Shown: piece after piece, positions 53,727 to 62,737 of the stretch | Numbering within the stretch: the stretch's first letter is position 1 | Layout: every line of letters starts with the position of its first letter | NCBI RefSeq assembly: GCF_006345805.1 | Contig: NC_043001.1 | Coordinates: 39,928,001 to 39,992,000 of the forward strand | Source of the DNA: Octopus sinensis | Lineage: Eukaryota | Direction: 5' to 3' | DNA: 64,000 bases | The notes under the pieces: generated by a model | What the model was told of the DNA's origin: nothing | Database searches by the model: none | The model's input: the letters and a program-made list of their open reading frames with translations, nothing else | Position numbers and translations under genes: made by a program

Positions 53727-56700
53727 TCATCATCATCATCATCATTTAACGTCCGCTTTCCATGCTAGCATGGGTTGGACGGTTCAACTGGGGTCTGGGG
53801 AGCCCGAAGGCTGCACCAGGCCAGTCAGATCTGGCAGTGTTTCTACAGCTGGATGCCCTTCCTAACGCCAACCACTCCGAGAGTGTAGTGGGTGATTTTA
53901 TGTGCCACCGACACAGGTGCCAGACGAGGCTGGCGAGCGGCCATGCTCAGATGGTGTTTTTATGTGCCACCGACACAGGTGCCAGACGAGGCTGGCGAAC
54001 GGCCACGCTCGGATGGTGTTTTTATGTGCCACCAACACAGGTGCCAGACAAGGCTAGCAGACGACCACGCTCGGATGGTGTTTTTTTATGTGCCACCGAC
54101 ACAGGTGCCAGACGAGGCTGGCGAACAGCCACGCTCGGATGGTGTTTTTATGTGCCACCGACACAGGTGCCAGACAAGGCTAGCAGACGACCACACTCGG
54201 ATGGTGTTTTTTATGTGCCACCGACACAGGAGCCAGATTAGGCTGGTGATCGGCCACGATTGGATGGTGATTGTTACGTGCCCACAGCATGGAGGCCAGA
54301 CGGTGCGGTACTGGCTACGGCCACGTTCGGCTGGTTTTCTTGTGTGCCACCGGCACTGGTACCACAAAGATACAAATTCCATTGATGTTCATCTATGTAT
54401 TTTGATTTTGTTTGATTTTCACTTGCCTCAACAGGTCTTCACAAGTGTCACAAGAAGGAAGGTATGCACAGGTGGACTGACTACGTCCCAGGTAGGGGCC
54501 ACGGGTTATGGCCTGACTAGTCTTGCCGGGTCTTCTCACGCACAGCATACTTCCATAGGTCTCGGTCTCTAGTCATTTCCTTGGTGAGACCTAAAGTTCG
54601 AAGGTCGTGCTTCACCACTTCGTCCCAGGTTTTCCTGGGTCTACCTCTTCCACAGGTTCCCTCAACTGCTAGGGTGTAGCACTTTTGCACACAACTATCT
54701 TCAGCCATTCTCGTCATATGACCATACCAGCGCAGCCGTCTCTCTTGCACACCACAACTGACGCTTCTTAGGTTCAACTTTTCTCTCAAGGTACTTACAC
54801 TCTGACGATTATGAACACTGACATTACACATCCATCGGAGCATACTGGCTTCATTTCTTGCGAGCTTACGCATATCCTCAGCAGTCACGGCCCATGTTTC
54901 ACTACCATGTAGCATGGCTGTACGTACACATGCATCATAAAGTCTGCCTTTTACTCTGAGCGAGAGGCCTTTTGTCACCATATATATATATGACATACAC
55001 ATATATACATACACATATATACATACACATATATAATGCAAAGAAATGGAGAGTGCATCCATAGAATAATCAATATATTTATTATAATAGTCAAATCATG
55101 TTGCTTACATGTGCTTCTGAGAATCATATTAACACAATTAAATTGCATTATGAATTTGACAAAGCAAAACCCTTTGTCAGAGCTAAAATTGACTGTTAAG
55201 AAGGTAAAATCATTGCTGCTATTTCTTCATACATCTTCATAGATGGAGGATTCAATTTAAATTGAATTTTAGCAAGTGGTCTTGGATGTTGATCTAAATA
55301 TAACAAGAGGTTGATTTTTTCAACCGCTGGAAAGGAGATAGTCATAGTTCAGAGGAACTAGGTCATAATACTATAACCCTTTTAGAGGTGCGAATTCTTT
55401 ACTATTAAGTATGTTTTGTAAGCATATTCCTCATTAACTATATAGGTTTGTAGTTTGCTTTTACCATTTGTACTATTTATCATGCTCACATCATCATCAT
55501 CATAATATATATTTATTGGTAATAAAAATAAATCAAGGTATGTACTCAACTGCTATCTTTATCTATTTGTTTTTCCTTATTGTAGGAAGTTATATTATTT
55601 ATTGTAAATGAAACTAACCCCCCTTAATAATTATTATTATAATTATATAAATGAAACCGACCCCCTTAATAATTATTCTAAAATTAACATAATATAGTTC
55701 ATAATACCTTTTGCAAAACAAATTAAAACTAATATAGTGGAACTATTTTACAAAGCAGTCTCCATAAATAAGGAAAATAAATATCATAAAATCATAAATT
55801 CACACAAATTAAGAACTGGTTTTTGTACTTCATGAAATGTGGCACAAATTATAGCAACACAAAATACTAAAAGATTAAATGCTTTCTATAATAATAAAGA
55901 TAAGGAGAATATAAGCAAATTATTAAATGACCAGAATAACAAAAAACTTAGTGATAATACTAGATATACAACAAACGAAGGAAAGGAAGAAACCCTGAGT
56001 GACTCCCCACTTACAAGTTAGCAGGCAAACTAAAAAGGAAAGAAGTAGTAATCATAATACTAGTAACAAAAACTATAATAGGAACATGAATACTAACAAT
56101 ACAAATATAAATGTTGGTATTTATAATAGTAGCAGCGACCATACAAGAGAAAACGATATAAACACAAAAATTGATAAGGAAAGAAAAGTAAAAACAAATA
56201 GGTTAATAGTTAAGATCCCTAACATAGTAAATAAATATAATGAGAGTAATTCAGAGGGTATAATATACAAGTACAAAAGATGTGGTAAGGAAGTAAGGAA
56301 TTTTCCTAAAAATAAAACCTGTGATTGTGCCAAGGAAGAAATTTTTGTAGGGGAAAAGGTGTCATATATAGGTGTAAGGTAACATCAAAGGGACAGGATT
56401 ACTACTGTATAGGTTCTATAGAAAAATATATAAAAAGAAGGATAGCAAACCATGAAAACGCATTTAGGAATAGAAGAAAGCAAGCACTAGTCATAGTATG
56501 TATATTTGGTACATTAAGGTTAAAAATAGAGAATCTACACTTTGGTGGGAAATAGCTAGCCAATAGCTAGTCTTAAAGCATTGAGAAAAAAAAATGTGAA
56601 CTCTTTCTAGAGGAAATTTATCAAATTCTTACACCTAAACACAAATTGTTGAATAACAGTAGAGAAAGGGGCTCTAATTGTGTGCATAGAGTTAAATATA

Positions 56701-57267
56701 CATTTAATAAATTTAAATAAATTGAAATGAATATAATTAAATAGAAACTGTAAAGTAATAATACAATTGTACATTATACATAGGAATAATTCTTAAAGTT
56801 AAATATACCTCCATTGAATTTAAATACTTAGTTAAAAATTAAGCACACTGAATATATCTAAGTATAATACTTTATATCTAAGACTAGTACTTATGCACTA
56901 TTATTTAAATAGATGAATAATGCAAGAACACAAAATATCAACCAATATATCTACATAAATTATACTAATAATAAGAGGGGGAGGGGTATTTTGTCAAGTA
57001 CATCAACATCAAAATCAAAATCAAATCAAATCACAATCAAATGAAAATTGTAGTTGTGGTCCCTGTGTTAGTGGCACATAAAATGCACCCACTACACTCT
57101 CGGAGTGGTTGGCGTTAGGAAGGGCATCCAGCCATAGAAACACTACCAGATCAGATTGGAGCCTGGCGCAGCCTCCTGGCTTCCCAGATCCCAGTCAAAC
57201 CGTCCAACCCATGCCAGCATGGAAAACGGACATTAAACGATGATGATGATGATGGTATATACATACA

Positions 57268-57333
<66 letters not shown>

Positions 57334-58768
57334 TATATATACATATATATATACATATATATGTGTGTGTGTGTGTGTGTGTCCATATACATATTTATAC
57401 TTATGGAGGGGGTACATCTTTGTGCTTGTTTCTCACCACTTTACAACCAGTGTAGTTTTGCTTACCTCCCAATGTCTTGGGACTTTGGCAAAAAGATACC
57501 AATACACAAAATATCAAACTTTAATAATAAGTTCTGAGGTCCATCTAACTGACTAAGCACTTTAAGGTCCAGTCCAATGGCTGAAATAATTAAAGCAATA
57601 ATAGCATAAAATCACACACTTAACTTTGCAAAAATAATTACTTACCAAATACTCTAATATTGAACAAGCTTGTGTGGAAATTAGTCTTGCAAACAATGCT
57701 CATGTTGTCATCATCTAATCTAATGCTGGTTATACTCAATGTACAGATTTTGCTTTGGCAATGAGTTTCTTGACGGCTACCAAAATATCTAGAATAATTT
57801 TGGTTGAATAATCCAATGTATTTCGCAATAACTAATCCATTTCCAGTAAACCAGATTACTCCAGTATCATCAGTTTTACATCTCAATGTAAATTTTTTAT
57901 CCTTTATGGCATTTGGTGTTTCAGAACTTGGATAAATATTCCCTTTCTCATCTAAAACACAAATTATATCAAAGTAAATAAATCATTAGTCACCAAATGA
58001 CAGAACATCTATATATATAAAACTGAGAATGTGTGTGTGTCTGTCTGTCTGTCTGTGTGAATCCCTAAAACTTAAGAACTACACAACCAATTTCATTCAA
58101 ATTTTACACATGCCTTACTTAGGGTCCAGGGAGTGTCATGGGGAAAAAAATTTCTAACTTCTTGCCTAGGGCGAGCCCAGAGCAATATCATATCTTCTCC
58201 ACTATGAATCCCTTAAACTTGAGAACTACACAACCAATTTCATTCAAATTTTACACATGCCTTACTTAGGGTCCATGTAGTGTCATGGGCAAAAAAATTT
58301 CTAACTTCTTGCCTATCATATCTTCTCCACTATTTCAGTATTACGTGTTAAAAGTGAAACAAAACATCTCTCTATTGTAATGTCAGATACTTTCACTTTA
58401 ATACTGAAACTATTAAAGTCAAACTATTATATAAGAAGGATGAACCATTAACAGTGGACATCCATTTTTCTAGAAGATCCACTATGGTCTTATATGCTAC
58501 ACCACTGGTTTTCAATTCATATTAATCAAATTAATATTCAATTTCTCACCCTTATTATCTTAAATTTAAATTTAAACCCAGGATCACGTGTTTTGAAACA
58601 AAGTTTGTTACCACACAGCCACACTTGCACCTATGTATGTGTGTGTGTGTGTATGTGTATAGCTGTATATGTATACATGTATATGTGTAGATGTACATAT
58701 ATATAGATGTACATGTCATATATACACATATATATATTCACATATATACATGCATACATATATACACC

Positions 58769-58802
<34 letters not shown>

Positions 58803-61800
58803 TACATAGGTGTGGCTGTGTGGTAACAAACTTTGTTCCAAAACACATAGTCCTGGGTTCAGTCCCACTGTGTGGTGACTTGACATGTGTCTTCTGCTAT
58901 AGCCTCAGACCAACCAAAGCCTTGTCAGTGGATTTTGTAGACAGAAACTCAAAGAAATCAATCGTATATATATGTATATATATGTAAGTCTGTGAGTGTG
59001 TCTTTGTGTTTCTCCCTCATCACTGCCTCACAACTGGTGTTCGTTTATTTACATCCCCATAACTTACTGGTTTCACAAGAAGAAACTGATAGAATAAGTA
59101 CCAGGCTTATCAAAATTAAAAAAAACACTAGGCAGTATCTCATATTTTTGTTTTCCCCCACCATTTTCTCTTTGTGTGTGTGTATACATACATACATACA
59201 TATATATATATATATATCTCCCTCTTCTGTTGGTCATCAGCTTCTGGCTATGTCCTCCTTCAGCTATGCCACTTGTTGCCTGTGATGGTCGAAGGTAGGG
59301 TGTTATCTCCCACTCTCATCAGCAATCAATTTCTAGCTGTGGTGTAAATATTATCACTAATACCGCTATTATCATTATTATGTGGTTCCCAAAATGCTAA
59401 TAGGAATTTCCTGAAATGCAAGCATGGCCAAAAATCTCTGTTCTGGAGTTCTGTATCCAACCCATGCAAGCATGAAAAATGGATGTTAAACGATGATGAT
59501 TATTATAATGATATATATGTGTGTGTGTGTGTGTGTTTGTGTGTATCACATGCATGCATACGCATGTAAACGTGCGCACACACATGCACAACTGCACATA
59601 TTCAAGAATGATATTTCTGATGACAGTCAGAAATCCAATCAATACACACTCTAAAGATGAGGTTAATTAATTAAGTATGTAAGAGTTTTTCAAAATTTCC
59701 ATATGTTCAGCTACGCATAGCTCACAGTGTTTCATTCCATTTATGTACGATTTTCCATATCGAGTGTGGAATTCCGTCTTCCTTCAGTTACCAGATATGG
59801 CTGGCTAGTAATGGTGCATATCTCCTTTCCAGGACCCTAAAGGAGGATTTATGGTTGCAGAGACGTTTCTTGAAGGAAGTTCCCTTGCATCTGATGTATT
59901 TCCTTGGATGTGTGGAGTCGGTGTCATGCCTATTTTTGCTGATGTTGCTGCTACCACTACTGCTGCTGCTGTCAGAGTTGCTGTTGTTGCTGCTGTTGCA
60001 GTTGTAGTCAACGATGTTGTTGCTGCTGTCAGTGTCGCTGTTCTCACTGCTGCTGGTGCCAGCAATGGTGTTGATTTTAGTGGTGCAGGCACTGGGGCTG
60101 TTAGTGGTGGTTGCATCAGTAGTGTTACTGCTTCTGCGTGTATTGGCAGTGGTACATGTACTGGTGTTATTAAGCCTGCCACTGCCAGTGCTGCTACCAT
60201 CGTTGTTACTGCTGTTGCTGTTATTGCTGATGCTGTGGGTGATGTTGCTGCTGCTGTTGTTGTTGTGGTTGCTGGTGCTGTCAATGATAATATTGCTGGG
60301 GTCAGTAATGTTGGTGCTGCTGTTGTTGTTACTGGTGTTTTTCTCGATGATGATGATGTTGGGGCCATTGGTGTTAGTGTTGGTGGAGGTGGGGTGGTTT
60401 CATTGGTAGTGTTATTACCAGATGTGGAGGGAGCACTGTCAACCTTTCTACTGTAGCTGAAGGTGTTACAATATTTGATATTATCGTTATTATTGCTACT
60501 TTCCCCGATGGTGGAGGTGGGAGTACCATTCTCGTTGACAGGGCTACCATTATTCACATCTATGTCAATGCATCTATTAGGGGTACTGCTGCTACTGTTG
60601 GTGTTGGGGCTGATATAGTTTGGTCTCCACTGCTGGAATGAGAGTTGTCAGTGGGCATGTTGTCCTATCTGCTATTTAGATATTGCTTCAACTGTGCCCC
60701 ATAGCAAAAAATCACACAGATTCAAATCTGGTGAGCTAGAGAGCCAGATATCTTTAGAGACAAAGATGGGCAATTCCTTCTCCAAAAATTCTTGCACTCT
60801 TTTCGAAGAATGAGCAAGCACAGAGACCTGTACAAACATGATTCGACTTGCATTATAATGCCTCCAAATCCAAAGTTAACAAAATTTCTTCTAAGATTTT
60901 GAGATATTCTGCTGTGTTGATTTTAAGACCCACTTCAATGAAATGAGGTGGAATCAATTTCCCATCCCTTGCAACAGTTCCAAAGACCATAATGGAAGCT
61001 GAATTCTTGCTATGCATAACTGAAAGAACTTGAGGAGGGTTGTACACTATCCCTCATGAGTTTTGATGGTTTACAACTTTGTTTACCATGAACTTCTTTT
61101 CATCCATAATGATGTGGATGTTTCCACCATGATGTTTCAGATGACTATGTATTCAGCTTGAATGGCTTTGGAGTTGGTAGTTAGGATATTACAATATCTC
61201 CCCATGTTGTAGGATGTCACAATATCTCCCCAAGAAATGGTAATTTTACTGATTCCTTGATGTTGAGCGAACTTCGCTATCGATTTTGATGGGTTTGGCT
61301 CAATCTTTTAACTCCTGTGGGTTAAAAGATGTGCTTTAACTCCTGTGGGTTAAAAGGATTGTGAGGCTTTCTCTGAACATTCTGACTTTTCTTCAGATTG
61401 AGAGGCTTTCTCCGAACATTCTGACTTTTGAAAAGACCTATTAAGTCAGGTAAAATCAAAAATCAAAAATCAAAAGCAAAAGCAAACCAAGATCGAAATC
61501 AAAATGGGAATTATAGTTGTGGCCAATGCCAGTGCCACCTGACTAGCACCTGTGCTGATGGAACATAATAAGCATCCTTCAAACGTGACTCGATGCCAGT
61601 ACTGCCTCACTGGTTGTACTGGTTGCACATAAAAAGCACCCACTACATGCTTGGAGTGGTTGATGTTAGGAAGGGCATCCAGCTGTAGAAACCTTGCCAG
61701 ATCAGAATAGAGCCTGGTGCAGCCTACTGGCATGCCAGCCCCCAGTCAAACCATCCAACCCATGCAAACATGAAAAATGGATGTTAAACGATGATGATGA

Positions 61801-61808
61801 TTATAATG

Positions 61809-61872
<64 letters not shown>

Positions 61873-62650
61873 CACATGCCTGCACATGTATGTAAACATG
61901 CACACACACACGTACGTGACCACGCATATTCAAGAATGATATTTCTGATGACAGTCAGAAATCCAATCAATACACACTCTAAAGATGGGGTTAATTATTA
62001 ACAAAAATGTTTGTTTTAATAATAATAACTTCTGATATTTTTATAACTTAATAATTTTGTTAATGTTATCAATAACATGCTAACAGCTACATCTCTCTCC
62101 TGCAAATCAAACATATGATCTTAGCCATAATAAAGCTATCTCAATAATACTGAAACAATATATGGAAGAAACTTATAAACATTAAAATGTCATTGCTAGT
62201 ATTTGTTTGTTACAACTAATAGCTTTTGAGAATTAACTGGAGCTTAAAGCTAGATTTTACAGAAATATATTTTGTTCATGATTATGATATCTCAATATTA
62301 ACAGGAAAATATATACAAATGATTTTTATTTGGTACTTACTCGATAATGGTATTATTAGAAATTTATGACTCTTTTCAGTGCTCTGACAATCAATTCTTA
62401 TATCATGGCTTGAAGTAACAGTGAAGTTTAAGATGTTGGTTTTGTCAGAATTCACACTTGCTTGTATGTCCGAATTTTTAAGAAACACCCATTTAGGGGC
62501 GCTAATTTTGTCAACTCCCACTTGCCACACTTCAATTTCTTGCTTTTCAGTGAAACATTCTAAAGTTGATTGGTGATTTTTCTTCATAAATTTAATAGTA
62601 GCATCATCTAATTGAAGACAAACTGAAGGAAAGAAAAATATAAAACATAT

Positions 62651-62737
<87 letters not shown>

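Noticed and set aside
53762-54572. ORFs of 159 and 226 aa with Cys/His repeats
   Set aside because: Read-through of the 62-bp minisatellite; similar spurious ORFs occur at 1370-2057.
59805-60557. Mucin-like ORF as a true exon of the Ig gene
   Set aside because: Open in several frames on both strands because of triplet composition, and no clear splice sites. Kept only as a low-level finding.
55590-61430. Short 2-copy tandem duplications (55590-55680, 61310-61430)
   Set aside because: Ordinary slippage products with no further structure.
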